Counted from the stretch's first letter, positions 23,040-36,977 are shown. The stretch is DNA of 64,000 bases from Eledone cirrhosa (GCA_964016885.1 OZ024749.1:3472001-3536000), one strand, 5' to 3'. Numbers and translations are program-made. The notes: generated by a model not told the origin, from the letters alone.

Positions 23040-23900
23040 GGGAGTTCAGGCCAGGGGGAGTGTGGGTCTGTAGGGTGAAGATGGTTCGTTGTTCGACCGT
23101 GACGCGAGTGGCGGGTGTTCTATTGAATTGGAGTAGGCCACATGTGGTGGGGGGAATGTCCAGTGAAGCCAAAGTGGCGGGCGATGGGGAATATCCCGGT
23201 TGTGTTCAGTGAAACGGTCCGCCAGGAGACGCCCAGGCTGCACTCCGTGCAGCGAAGTCCATATACGAGGTTGGAGAAGATGCAGCGGAATGCGTGCCGG
23301 ACAGAGAGAGAGTGGCTGTCGGGAGACTGGAAGGTGGTGGTGTTGGTGATGTGGAGGCAGGTGAGGCAACGAGGCCTGCTGCAGGAAAGGGAACCGGGGG
23401 GGGGAGCATGGGGTGGGGAGTAGGAGCTGCGGACGAGGAGGGTGCGGAGATTGCGTGCGCGTTTGAATGAGGGGAGGGTGGGGATGGGAAGATGTGGAGA
23501 GGTCGGACTTGATAGTCGGAAGAGGCGGAGGATGGTGCGGCGGACGGGTATGGTGGAAGGGTGGTAGGTGACGTGGCTGGGTGTGCGGTGGCGTGGGGTG
23601 AGGGCGGTGGAGCGGTGGACAGCACGGGCGCGAGTTAGGGCCGTGTGGACGAGAGAGGGAGGTAACCTCACCGGATGAAATGGCTGAATAGGGAAAGGGC
23701 ATGAGACTCAAAGTCAGCATCTCGTCTGCAGAGGTGGCGGTTCTGGAGCAGTTGGGAGTAGGGAATAGTGTTTTGTGTGTGTGGTGTGGGAGGAGGTGAA
23801 GTCGAGGTAGGAGTGGGAGTCGGTGGGTTTGAAGAAGGTGGAGGTGACGAGGGAGCGGAGGGAGAGGTCGATGGCGACGGAGATGTCTAAGAAGTGGACG
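23040..23900 (-). pseudogene. Degenerate Penelope-like element (Neptune-type) thumb/GIY-YIG region
   Basis: CSRPRCLTC...FRC..SNLVYGLRCTEC...RFTEH..ARHF..GH, with C-terminal P-G-L-N, spread across frameshifts. Confidence 0.8.
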
Positions 23901-24069
23901 TGATATATATACGTGTATATGCATTAGATACACATTAAAGTACTGAATTTGAACGCTGAACCAAAAAGGGCATAACCCTATGCTACAAAGTATTGTGTTT
24001 GACGCGCTACCGATTCTGCCAATCCCCCTCCCTAACAATAATGATAATAATAATTATTATATATATCCC

Positions 24070-24960
24070 AATATCTATAGAGGGTTAGTGAAAGGAAAGA
24101 GCGACGACGTTCTCGGCGAGACCCTGGGAGTCGAAGACGATCAGCTGTTTACTCTCTTCCGGAGAACTTTCAGCCCAGGGCCTATGGATTTCAGAAATCC
24201 CTGGCCTGGCAGTGCTAGCGGGGAGCGTTGCCGGTTCGGGATAAGCTCTACAGGCACGGAGGTGCTATCAGCCGAATCTGTCCGAGATGCGCGCAGGGCG
24301 ACGAAACCGCGCTGCACGCAATCGTTCAGTGCTCGAGGATTGCTGACTTGTGGAGTTATGTCGAACAGCTGCTGTCGCGTGTAGGACGGATCCGGTTATC
24401 GACTGAGTCCATTGTGTAGATAGCCCCGCTATCCTCCTTTAAAGAGGACGTGGAGCAGGCAGTTTTCATCTGCCAGGTGGCCATGGCGAAAGAGACTGCG
24501 TGGTGGACAAGGTTGAGAGGGTTAGAAGACGGACACTTTCCTCTTCGGCCAATCGCTGATTATCTTTTTCAAGTTTCACTTGAAGAGGAAAATCAGGGTG
24601 GAGTGGCAACTGTTGTCTTCTAATAAGTTTGTTGAAAGGTGGGTGAAAATGGAGAGTCTGGTCAGAGTGAACTGGCCCGCTCTGAACATACGCCTGTAGA
24701 CTGAGGAGTGGGAAAAGTGGGAGAGGGCGCTTGCCCTGGTAGTCAGGGTGGCCGTAGTCTTTTGTGTATTTTTCACCACGAGTGACCCCCGAAGGTTTTC
24801 CCCTTCTTAGGGAATTTTTGTTATTTGAATTTCTTTGGATTTCTAGCCCGATTTGTTATAACCTGTCTACACGACCAAAAACCACTATGTATCGTCCTGT
24901 ACTGCTTTGTGCCGTCTCTAATGTTTTTCTTCGTGTCAGCCCTTGTGGTCAATAAAGAAT
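24070..24960 (+). mobile_element. 3' fragment of Tx1/L1-like LINE (zf-RVT zinc finger), decayed
   Basis: LPVRDKL...CPRC..GDETALHAIVQC..IADLW motif; stop codons; ends with AATAAA. Confidence 0.75.
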
Positions 24961-24970
24961 CCATTATTAT

Positions 24971-25060
24971 TAGGGGTCGATAAAATAAAGTACCAGTAAT
25001 ACACTGGTATTTGCTGGCCTTGTGCCTAAAGTAGAAACAATTATTATTATTATTATTATT
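24971..25060 (+). mobile_element. SINE 3' tail ending in (ATT)n
   Basis: ggggtcgataaaataaagtaccagtaat...ttgctggccttgtgcctaaagtagaaacaatta; near-identical to 62531-62602. Confidence 0.8.
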
Positions 25061-27425
25061 GTTCTTTGAGTCTCAGTCATTGATGTTAGTTAACTGGAAA
25101 GTTTGTTGAAATTAATATCAAGCCACTACCTGCAGCCTCAGATATTCAGGACGTATCGGAGGGTTTTTGCTGTTCCCAGCAAGCATGCCTTTTGAAGTGT
25201 CCAAAAAGCGGGGTGGGGCCAATTTTCTTTAACCATCCCTGGAAACTTTTTGAGATAGTACCTAGTGCGCCTATGACAATCGGGACCACTTTGACTTCAT
25301 GGCAGTTCCAAATCCTTTTTACCTCAAACTTTAATTCCTGGTATTGGTTAAATTTCTCCCTCTCCTTCTTTTGCACTCTCGTGTCGAATGGGCAGGCTAC
25401 ATCCACAATCAGCTACGATCTGTTTTCCTTGTGCAAAACCACCAGGTCAGGTCTATTGTGTTCCAGTTTCTTGTCCGTCTGTAACATAATATCCCACAGC
25501 ACCTTCACCTGATCGTTTTCTATCACCGACTCTGTCTTATGCTCATACCACTTCTCAGAATATGGTAAATTGTTTACTTTGCATAGGTGCCAGTGGATCA
25601 CCCTGCCCATCACATCATATCTCCAGCCCTTATAGTGAGTCTGGGCTAGGTGTTTACACTCGGATACAATGTGAGCCATAGTTTCCTCTCTCTCTCCACA
25701 GATCCTGCACAATGGGCTAGCTTCCTCCTTGTAAATATGGTGTTTCATCCACTTCGTTTTGAGGGCCTGCTCCTGCGCAGCCATTAGCTTTCCTTCTGTA
25801 GCCTGTTTAAGGTCTCCTATTTTCAACCAGTTCCATGTCTGTGGATCTCTAAATTCGGTTTTCTCAAAGAAGGTACTATGAAGGGATTTTTCCTGAAGGC
25901 TGCTCTTTCTCCTTGATGTTATTTCCTCCTTGGACATACCTGGCTTATTGTCCCCTCCTTCAGTACAGTTCTGAGCACTGGCTCCTCACTACCAGTCACG
26001 TATTTGTGTAGGTTGTTTTTCTCCACCTGAACACAGTCCTCTATGCTGATAATACCTCTTTCACCTTCAGATCTCCTTAAGTAGATTCTATCGACATCAC
26101 TCCTCTTTTGGAACATGTTGTATATAGTCAATAGCTTCCTAGTCTTCCTATCCATTTCGTTTTGTTCAGCAACATTCCATCTCAGCATTCCCGCACTGTA
26201 CCTAATAATAGACACAGCTCGGCAATTTACTGCACTTATGGCATTCCTACTGTTCAGATGTGACTTTAATACGCTCCGAATGTATTCAGTTCTTATCAAT
26301 TCCTTCATTTTTTTGTTCTTGATGTCATCAGCCTCCAGAACACCCAAATACTTGTATCCTTCTTCAGAGTCAATTTCCTTTATCATCTCACCTGTTGGTA
26401 CCTGGATTCCGTTACTTCTGCTCAACTTACCCCTCTTCATCACAATGACACCACACTTACTAATACAAAATTGCATACATATATCATTGCTGAAAATACG
26501 GACAGTGTCAACAAGCACACCCAACTCCTTCTCACTCTTCCCGAAGAGCTTAAGATCGTCCATGAAGAGGAGGTGATTGATGGTAAGCCCTCCCTTTCCC
26601 AACCTGTATCCTGCTCTCACTTTTCGCAGTACACTGGTCAGGGGCATCAGGTGAAGGACAAACAACAGAGGGGACAGACTATCTCCCTGGAAGATACCTA
26701 TCTTGATCTTCACGCTTCCCAAGGATTCTCCACTTGATGTTAAGTCTAGTTCCCAGGACTTCATACTTTTGCCCAACAACTGTCTGATGTTATCTGCCAC
26801 CTTGAAGATCTCCAGGCTTTTGGTGATCCAAGAATGAGGCACCATGTCAAATACCTTTTTGACGAAGATGGATTCAGACTCTGGTCGTTATCAACAGAGA
26901 TCTCCCTTAAGCCGTTCTACTGGACCTCTTGCAATTCCTCATTACCATCTCATCAATAACTAGCTGGTCCTTTGTACCACGTGACTTCTTTCGGCATCCT
27001 TTCTGTTCGTCCGACAACAAGTTGTTTGTGCGGAGGTGATGGTAGATTTCCTCAGACATAATGCTTGTCAACAGTTTCCCCATTACGGACAGACATGTGA
27101 TAGGTCTATAGCTGGTAACATCATTACCCTTGATTCGGTCTTTCATTATCAGAACTGTGGTACCTTTTGTCAACCACTCTGGTACCTCACCTGACATCAA
27201 GCAGTCATTGAACATGGTTGTCAGTTTCGGGTGGAGGGATGTTATATTTTTAATCCAATACCCCTGCACACCATCTGGGCCTGGTGATTTCCAGTTGGTT
27301 AGTTTTTTGACGTGCCCCTTAAGAGTTTCTTCTGTGATACTCAAATCAGATTGTTGGTGTGCCTGTTCACTAATCTCCTTCTGTACTGTCTCAATGCACA
27401 CTGCCTGGTCATTATGTTTAACATC

Positions 27426-27426
<1 letters not shown>
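25061..27426 (-). mobile_element. 5'-truncated R4/Dong-clade RLE LINE (RT + CCHC + restriction-like endonuclease), frameshifted, inserted in (TAA)n
   Basis: RT motifs KSPGPDG, YRPITCL, GIFQGDSLSPLLF, HLLFMDDLK, YKYLG; CRIC..ET..H..SEC; RPDLV, DVACPFD, KY-like QYQEL; (ATT)n on both flanks, matching known Dong targeting. Confidence 0.9.
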
Positions 27427-27461
<35 letters not shown>

Positions 27462-28114
27462 CTAACATAGTTGTATACATATAAGTATGAGCATGTTGTA
27501 TATATAGCGGTATATTGTATTTATGTTTTATATAAACACTTTGAAAGCCTTCAACTATGAATTCGGGAACTGATGATGTAGCCCCACCTAGCGGATTCAA
27601 GAAAAATCAAAGGGTGGGTCAATGACGAAGATGGATTCAGACTCTGGTCGTTATCAACAGAGATCTCCCTTAAGCCGTTCTACTGGACCTCACTATAGGC
27701 GAAAATATTGTCTTGAAACCTCTGTGCACTGACTGATTAGCCTCATTTGTATATAAATCTCTCGGATAGCTTGGCCAGAAATTAGAATGAAAATGTTTGC
27801 TCTAACATTGCTGTATAATTATAAGTATGAGTATTCTGTATATCTAGCGATATACGGTACGTTTATATATAAGACATTTGGAAGGAATTCATTGTAATGA
27901 TTTGTCGCACTCGACATATGTTTATGATTGGAGCTCAGTTTAACGTTCATTAGTAGCACTATGACATTGGGTTATAATATAGTACTCAATAAGAGCGGGA
28001 AATATAGAGCCATTGATCAAAAACCCTACTTGCCGCAAATCAACCGCATGACCCTAATATTGGGCATTGTACCAAATACACTAACCATTAAGCCAGGTGA
28101 CTTCATATATCTAA

Positions 28115-28786
28115 CACAGACGCAAACACACACACACGCATGCACACACGGAAGCACATACAAACGCAAACAAACACACACATACACACACACAGACGTA
28201 CACATCACTCTACACAAAACCACATGCACACAAACACGAACGCACGTACACATAGACATGCAACCACGCACACACGCACATAAACATCCCAAAACACACA
28301 CACAAACAGATACATCCGCATGAACGCACAGAGATGCACGCAAACACACACACACACACACACACACCTGCATAAACACATACCCACACATACACAACCA
28401 CACAAACACACGCACGCACTCATGTACATACATACACACAAATATTTAAGTCGTGGCCTCATTTATATTCCAAGCAGAGTTTCAATGTATGCAGAAATTG
28501 AATTCCGAAGAAATGAATGTGTTATTTGTCTGAAATAATACGGTATTGTATACGGCATGATAATAAAATATAAAGATGTAAACAACAAACAATAGCATTA
28601 CAGATAATAATGTTAAAATGAATATATAGCTTAGTACGGGAAATAATGGTGATATAAATATTTATAATACGCCTTGCGTTGACACAAGCGTTGGCAATAT
28701 AATGGAATTCTGGATTGCATATAAATATCACCGATTTAAAATATTTACCATAATAATATTAAGACATATTGTTGCAGTTATCTTGA

Positions 28787-28820
<34 letters not shown>

Positions 28821-29150
28821 ATTTATATATATATATATATATACACACACACATACACATACATACACACACACACATACATACACACACACAGACACGC
28901 ACACACACACACACATACACACAGACACACACATACACACACACATATATATATATATATTCACACAGACAGACACACACACACGCTCACACACACACAT
29001 ATATAAATATATATATACATATTTATATATTTATAATTATATATATATCTATATGAGTTTGTGCCAGTGTATGTCTATATTTATATACCTTCACATACCA
29101 CACAGACACACGAATATACAGACACATATATATATATATGTATATATGCA
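28115..29150. repeat. (CA)n-rich degenerate microsatellite blocks
   Basis: Directly visible, with ~350 bp of unique sequence in between. Confidence 0.8.
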
Positions 29151-29377
29151 TATATGTAACTCTCTGTGTATGAGTGCTTTTGTTTGTTGTAAAACATTGT
29201 TTGAAAATTTACAAATGGAAAATATTACACTTTACCTACGTCTACAGGTAGGGATGATTGAGTATATCTTATATAAATAGGTGTCAGTTCTTACAAAGCC
29301 CATCTCTCCTACTTGCTCTTTACACAGCTGCAAATGTATCTAACTTTGCAACTGAATGCACTTGTAAAAGTATATGT

Positions 29378-29408
<31 letters not shown>

Positions 29409-29414
29409 AAAATA

Positions 29415-29612
29415 ATTGTTTTAATAATTGTATCTACTTTTGGAACAAGGCCAGCAATTACCCAGTACATTACTGGTACTTTATTTTATCGACCCCGTAA
29501 GGATGAAAAGCAAAGTTAACCTCGACGGGATTTGAACTCAACCGTAAATGGACGTAACTATGCTGGAAAGCATGGCATCCGACTCTCCACCGATACTGCC
29601 AATCCACCGCCC
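29415..29612 (-). mobile_element. tRNA-derived SINE
   Basis: Reverse complement of the same tail plus gagttcaaatcccgtcgaggttaactttgcttttcatcct (B box). Confidence 0.8.
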
Positions 29613-30149
29613 TACATGTATAATAATAATATTATTCATATTTATACATACACTATATATAATTATAAACTGGAAAGGTCAGTAATTATATATATATATA
29701 TATATAGTATGTACCAATATTAACATACCAATCATTAACAGAAGATAATTTGTAAAGAATGTACGGAGACATCGTGCCATAGGATAACATACTATTTAAC
29801 ACAAATTTGGCATATAGTTACCTGGCAATAAATATTTAAACTCCTTCGTACACATTCCTTCAACGCTCTTGAAATATATTTCACGAATACATAGTGCAGT
29901 TCAATTGTCATTCCAGGATCGAAATTGAAGGAAATATTGAACTTATACGTATGATACAAATCTGGGAACTGATTAAATAACGCACATGGTATTCTGGAAA
30001 TCCAGTGCACCTTATCGTTGTTTGTCTCATTGATGTAAATAGATTTATCTACAGCTAGAAATAGAAGCTAAAACCTTTCAAATGCATAAAGCTCAAGAAC
30101 AATATAGATGTCAATGTTTTGAAAAAGCTCAGACATGCTCCATATCAGC

Positions 30150-30530
30150 TGTAGGCACAAATAAAGATTCCAAGGAATAAATCCGAGAATTTATTTTTAA
30201 ATATCGATTGACATAAGTAAAGTAACATAATCCCCCAAAAATGTGGCAGATGAAAGAGCAGGAAGTGATATCATGTGTGTATGGTACCATAGGGACATCC
30301 ACAAAGAATTTTCTTAAATTGATACACAAATTAGAATTGAACCCTACAGTAGAAATGTTACAGAAATTGTGTTTGCTTGGAACGGCTAAGATGACATGAA
30401 ATTTATTGAATTCAACATGAAAGAATGAATTAACGCCACGATACCTAAGATCACTGCTGACAACTATCTTGATTAAATCGGGAATTAATATCAAACACAA
30501 GAGGGGACAACATAATTATAATATACTAAA
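30150..30530 (+). pseudogene. Decayed C-terminus of an R4/Dong-like LINE
   Basis: KMW...VYGTIGT..KN...EMLQKLCLLGTAK parallels the LQKACLLGTAK end of the element at 25138. Confidence 0.6.
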
Positions 30531-30639
30531 GTAGATATTAATATCATTATTCTTTATTTATATATGATTAAAATGTTTTTGTTTATCAACAAATCTTTCA
30601 TCATAAATTTATATGAACATTTGTTAAGTAAGAAAAAAA

Positions 30640-31015
30640 AACAAGGGAAACAAAAGGATTAAAAAATAGGTAAATATATAAAAAAAAGAGAGAATGAAAG
30701 AAGAAAAAGAAGGGGAAGGGGAGGGGATGACAAAAGTTCTGGTGTCGCAGAAGTGAGGGGAGGGGTGATTCGGCTTTGGGCCTAGGGCGAGAGGGAAGGA
30801 GTGCTCTGCCCCGCGGACAAGACGGCAAAAGCATTCCCCGGGACGATGGACAGTGACACCCGCTGCAACAACCACCCAACCTCGCGGGGCTCCCTTTCAG
30901 ATGGGCCACCGACGCTCCGATCTTTCGGAGGAGCTCGGCAGTGCGGAGTCCAAGTATGCCTGAGGTCTCGATGGCGACCGAAGAGGAAGCGGCCGGACAA
31001 AACCCCAGTATTTCT
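30640..31015 (-). mobile_element. 3' fragment of CRE-like RLE LINE
   Basis: Across frames: AIETSGILG..TAELLRKIG....KG..REVGWLLQRVSLSIV.GNA.AVL, matching the ET.G...QR.S...RGNA terminus typical of CRE-type elements; GC-rich island. Confidence 0.65.
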
Positions 31016-31484
31016 TTATATTAACTATTGTGGAAGAAACACATATTATATTAGTCTTTGACAAATACAATTTCTGCATACACATTCCCAATATAGTGGG
31101 AATGCTAATATTATTTTTTTGTGGGTGTGTGGGCTTTCTGTATGAATTTTGAAGCAAGTTCCCCGTACAGTAACAATGCAACACAGTTATTAATTAAATA
31201 TTATCTGACTTTACACAGTGAAATAACAGTATAACTGAATGCCGTTAATCTACAGAGGATACGTCAATAATTATCTGAAATTGTATTAATGATATCACGA
31301 CCTAATTTAAGATAAAATTGACGCTGAAGTCCTTGTAACTACTCAACGGAATAGGGTTTATGCCGTTGGCGAAATATTTTTAATTTTCTTTTCTTTCACT
31401 AACTTCACATATTCCTACTTCATAACTAATTATATATATATATATATAATTCTGCTTCCCGTTTCATTTTATTTCATTCATTAA

Positions 31485-31555
<71 letters not shown>

Positions 31556-32603
31556 TAGATAGATGCCTGTGGGTTTTGTATGGCATTCGTTCGAAGGTCT
31601 ACCTGTTTGTATATGCCTGTATATTCATTAAACGTGTTAAAGAGAATGTGAAAGTATGAGTCGGTAATTTGTAAGGAAATATGTAGAGAAAATGAAGTTT
31701 TGCAGAGTAAGCACGTGGAATAGTGTAATAGAAACAATGTCTACAATGTGATAGAAAGGTAAAGCGGAAGCAGTCATATTTGACATAATATTTGAGTAAA
31801 ACTTCACTTTATCAATCACGCCATGAAGAAAGATATCTGTGCAATATTTGAACTAGTTGAGGAAAGTGCTGAAACAAGAGTGATATTATAATGCACATAA
31901 TATTTACATACACCAAGCAGTAATATTGTTTATTGATTTAGTCAAAAGGCCAAATATTTTGAGGATGGGGGGGGGGGGGGGGCACTGTAAGGATGAAGGG
32001 CAAATCTAAGCTGTGTGGGATTTGAACTCAGAACATAAAGTGCTAAAACAAAATAGGTGATATAATGTCCGTAATAGCTAAATACGCCGGCAGTAACATG
32101 AAACCCACGACACACAAACTTACATCATGTGAGACAATGTCAAGATCAACCATGGCAAGAAGAAGACTCAATCATAATTTCGTCTGTTTCTTCCGATATA
32201 GTTGTAATTCCCTTCCATTGATTTTTTACACAATATGCATATGTATTCTATTTCTCCTGCAAATATTGCGACAGCAGAAATATACTTTACTTCTTCGACA
32301 TTTGACAGAGGTGAGTGATGATGTCATCAATCTTATGTTCATATATTAAACATAACTGCTGTGTTTTTGTGGTTAGTGTTTGTTCAAATATATGTAAATA
32401 AAAGTTATGAATGAGTGGAAGAACTAACTGAAGGGGTTTACATATAGTAAATCACAAAGGTAGTATAAGAAAATGAAGGAGTAGCGGAAAACGAGACACA
32501 CAACACACACATATATATACACACATATATATATAGGCACATACAAACATATATAGGTTATATATATGTTATATATAAGATATGCATAGAGAGAGAATGG
32601 CAT

Positions 32604-33140
<537 letters not shown>

Positions 33141-33141
33141 G

Positions 33142-33396
33142 GTATATATAAGCAAGTGTTGCACCAATAAAAATATAACGTCGGTGTGAAGAGATTATGA
33201 ATCTATTTACTTTGACATATGTTTCTCTGTCTATTATAAATTATCTACATATAGTGACTACAATAATATATATATTGTAGTCAGCATATATAGACAATTT
33301 ATAATAGACAAAGAAACATATGTCAGAGCAAATAGATTAATAATCTCTTCACACCGCCGTTATATTTTTCTTGGTGCAATACTTGCTTATATATAC
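33142..33396. repeat. Imperfect ~255-bp fold-back element between TA tracts
   Basis: aagcaagtgttgcacc...gacatatgtttc...gactacaata pairs with tattgtagtc...gaaacatatgtc...ggtgcaatacttgctt. Confidence 0.88.
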
Positions 33397-33403
33397 ATAT
33401 ATA

Positions 33404-33915
33404 CAGGGTGATGGAAAAGTTACTCCCTATTGAATGTTGAAAGGTACCTCACCATGGTGTCATATAAAATATGGCCAGTTATTAATACTTGGGAGAATAT
33501 TGAAGATTTGATTTTGTTATTGTTGTTCGTGAATGGCTGAATACCCACTTCCTTGGGAGATGGCTGAGCCGTCGGGGCATGCTCGAGTCGCCAGCTAGAA
33601 GCTCTGACTTAACACCCTCCAACTTTCTTCTTTGGGATTGGTTAAAGGAACAGGTCAACTCTACGAAACCAAAGACTTTGGAAGAACTTGAAAGGTGAAT
33701 ACGAGAAGTTATGTGTTTTCCATCTCACAGGAGTTCCTGGTGAAATCAGTTGATACAATTCCCGGGTCGATTGAGATGCTGATGGTGAATAACCATATTG
33801 AATTTTATATAAATTCCTGTTCTATACTCTTTCTTCTCATACTCATTTCTTGTAAAAATTATAGTTAAAAAATAAATTATAGGAATTTTAAAATAGGACA
33901 TATTTTTCAATCACC

Positions 33916-33918
<3 letters not shown>
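33404..33918 (+). mobile_element. Internally deleted Tc1/mariner DNA transposon with TA target-site duplication
   Basis: TA|CAGGGTGATGGAAAA...TTTTCAATCACCCTG|TA terminal inverted repeats; remnant WLSRRG..ESPARSSDLTP.NF.LWDWLKEQV..TKPKTLEEL, matching the WP.RSPDL motif. Confidence 0.9.
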
Positions 33919-33972
<54 letters not shown>

Positions 33973-34542
33973 TAAAAGGAAAATAAAATGCTGACAAATT
34001 GTTCCTAGTGAAAAATAGTTTAATTAGGAATAAGTAAAAATTAGTAATAGTATTGGTTAGTATTCAGTTTTGGTTTTAAGTTTTACCGGTTGCACATTTC
34101 TAATGCTTTTCAAAAATAATTTTGAGATAGCGCGCCCGTGATGTTTGGTCTAATCTGATTAGTTTTAGAAATTCTACCTGTTTTATGTTAAAAAAGTGGC
34201 TCCAGATGTATGAAAACATTCTTGTGGTCAAAACAATTTTGATTGGTCGGTTGAGGTCATGTGAATGTTAAAAATTGATTTTGCGCCAAATGTAGGTTTG
34301 TGTCGGCTGATTGAGAAGTCACTGAAAAATAAGTCTTTGAAGACAAATGTGTGTGTGTAGTAGTAGTAGTAAAGAGGTTCGTTGTTGTGATAATGGTCAG
34401 CAGGGATGTGTGTATATATATATGAATAGTATATTTGGCAATATACCGTATGTTTAAATAAAAACATCTTGAAGACCATACGCTATCGGTTTTAAAGTAG
34501 TGACTATGTCACTTACTTCTTTTCGGCGAAAGAAGGGAGAGG

Positions 34543-34584
34543 AGCTAATAGTCTGTTTCACGAGCTTTGGCGATCATCAGAGCC
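34543..34584 (-). ncRNA. Degenerate minimal type I hammerhead
   Basis: ggct CTGATGA tcgccaaagctcgt GAAACAGACTATT agct; stems II and III are imperfect. Confidence 0.35.
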
Positions 34585-34657
34585 ACGCACTCCATGCTTC
34601 TGCAGATAATTATAGAAGCTGGATCTTATAGAATTCGATTAATAATCCTGATTGTTA

Positions 34658-34742
<85 letters not shown>

Positions 34743-34952
34743 TTATATATATATATATATATATATATACTTATATATATATATACTTATATGTATATAT
34801 ATATACATATATTTATATATATATATATGTATTTATATGTATATATATATGTATATATATATACATATATGTATATATATATATATACATATATGTATAT
34901 ATATATATACATATATGTATATATATACACATATGTATATATATATATGTAT

Positions 34953-35033
<81 letters not shown>

Positions 35034-35039
35034 TATGTA

Positions 35040-35520
35040 TATAAATAATAAAAAAAATAAATAATTAAAAAAATAATGAATAAACAAAGAAACAGTTCCT
35101 TATATTAAAAAAAATTCATTATTTTACGATCGTTTCTAGGATACATATGTGTTAGAATTGGTAGGCATATTCTATAGATCTATGTACAATATTTATACAA
35201 ACTATCAGAGGGAATATACATACCTTCACATATATATGCTGTCTTCAGAAATAATTGTTTCTACTTTAAACACAAGGCCAGCAATTACCCAGTGCATTAC
35301 TGGTACTTTATTTTATCGACCTGTCTTCAGAAAAAATGATACTTGTTTATTGATAAGAACAAAGATTCAATACAATAGGTCTGTTTGGGAACAGGTTTTG
35401 AATTGACCAATCAGGAGATAGTGAGGGTCAAGATAGTGATATAGAAATTAGGGGAACCTTAAATTATGGGTAGGGGAAGTAGATTTCAGTTTTGGATGGA
35501 AAAGAGTATTATGAATATAT
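35040..35520 (-). mobile_element. Diverged pLTR fragment related to 44646-44950/54120-54424, with SINE tail insertion (35256-35320)
   Basis: Shared gaaacagttccttatattaaa...acgatcgtttctaggata...gtcttcagaaa...gtttgggaaca..aattgaccaat; ~17-bp target-site duplication ctgtcttcagaaa.aat. Confidence 0.8.
35115..35255 (-). ncRNA. Type I hammerhead with long stem II, GUA triplet
   Basis: attattt CTGAAGA [~105 nt hairpin] GAAAC GATC GTA aaataat. Confidence 0.7.
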
Positions 35521-35543
35521 GTATATATTAAATATATTATAAA

Positions 35544-35584
<41 letters not shown>

Positions 35585-35638
35585 TGAATATATTATGAAT
35601 ATATGTATATACAATATATGTATAAACATATATATATA

Positions 35639-35757
<119 letters not shown>

Positions 35758-35824
35758 ATACATATATATATATACATATATGTATATATATATATATACA
35801 TATAAATACATATATATATATACA

Positions 35825-35893
<69 letters not shown>

Positions 35894-35941
35894 GTATATA
35901 TATATATGTATATATATATATATGTATATAAATATATATAA

Positions 35942-35985
<44 letters not shown>

Positions 35986-35986
35986 G

Positions 35987-36018
<32 letters not shown>

Positions 36019-36121
36019 AGTATATATATATATATATATGTATATATATAAGTATATATATATATATGTATATACATATATATATATATATGTATATGTA
36101 TATATATATATATGTATATAC

Positions 36122-36170
<49 letters not shown>

Positions 36171-36199
36171 CATATATATATATACATATATGTATATAG

Positions 36200-36345
<146 letters not shown>

Positions 36346-36628
36346 GATAATAATGATGGCTGCGCGTTGCAAATGGTGGTGCATATGAAAAAGTAAGTCC
36401 TTCATCAGTGACCCTCCAACCGTCCCAGGCATTTCATCGCTTTAAGGGCCATATGCCTCAGGTTGGTGCGAACAACGGCTAAAAAAAGTCGTTGGGACAC
36501 GTAGATAAGGGGACGTTAGGGTAACAAACAAAATGGTTTAAGCAACGGAAAGTGAGAAGAAATAGACAAGTCCCAGATCTCTCTGAATATAAACTCGGTG
36601 AAATCGTGAACAAGAGACAAAAGACCAT

Positions 36629-36630
<2 letters not shown>
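36346..36630 (-). mobile_element. TA-flanked putative pLTR fragment carrying permuted hammerhead copy B
   Basis: Unique ~285-bp island between TA arrays; motif architecture shared with family F2. Confidence 0.5.
36389..36466 (-). ncRNA. Candidate permuted/pseudoknotted hammerhead motif, copy B (intact core)
   Basis: ccaacc tgaggcAT A tggccct taaagcgat GAA Atgcctgg gac ggttgg agggtca CTGATGA agg. Confidence 0.68.
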
Positions 36631-36668
<38 letters not shown>

Positions 36669-36695
36669 TAGATATATATACATATATATAGATAG

Positions 36696-36726
<31 letters not shown>

Positions 36727-36835
36727 GACATATATATATATATATATATAGACATATATATATATATATATACATATATACATATATATATATATACATA
36801 TATATACATATATACATATATATATATATACATAT

Positions 36836-36934
<99 letters not shown>

Positions 36935-36977
36935 GTGATGAAACATAAGTCAATTGCATGAACTGAATCCTTTATTT

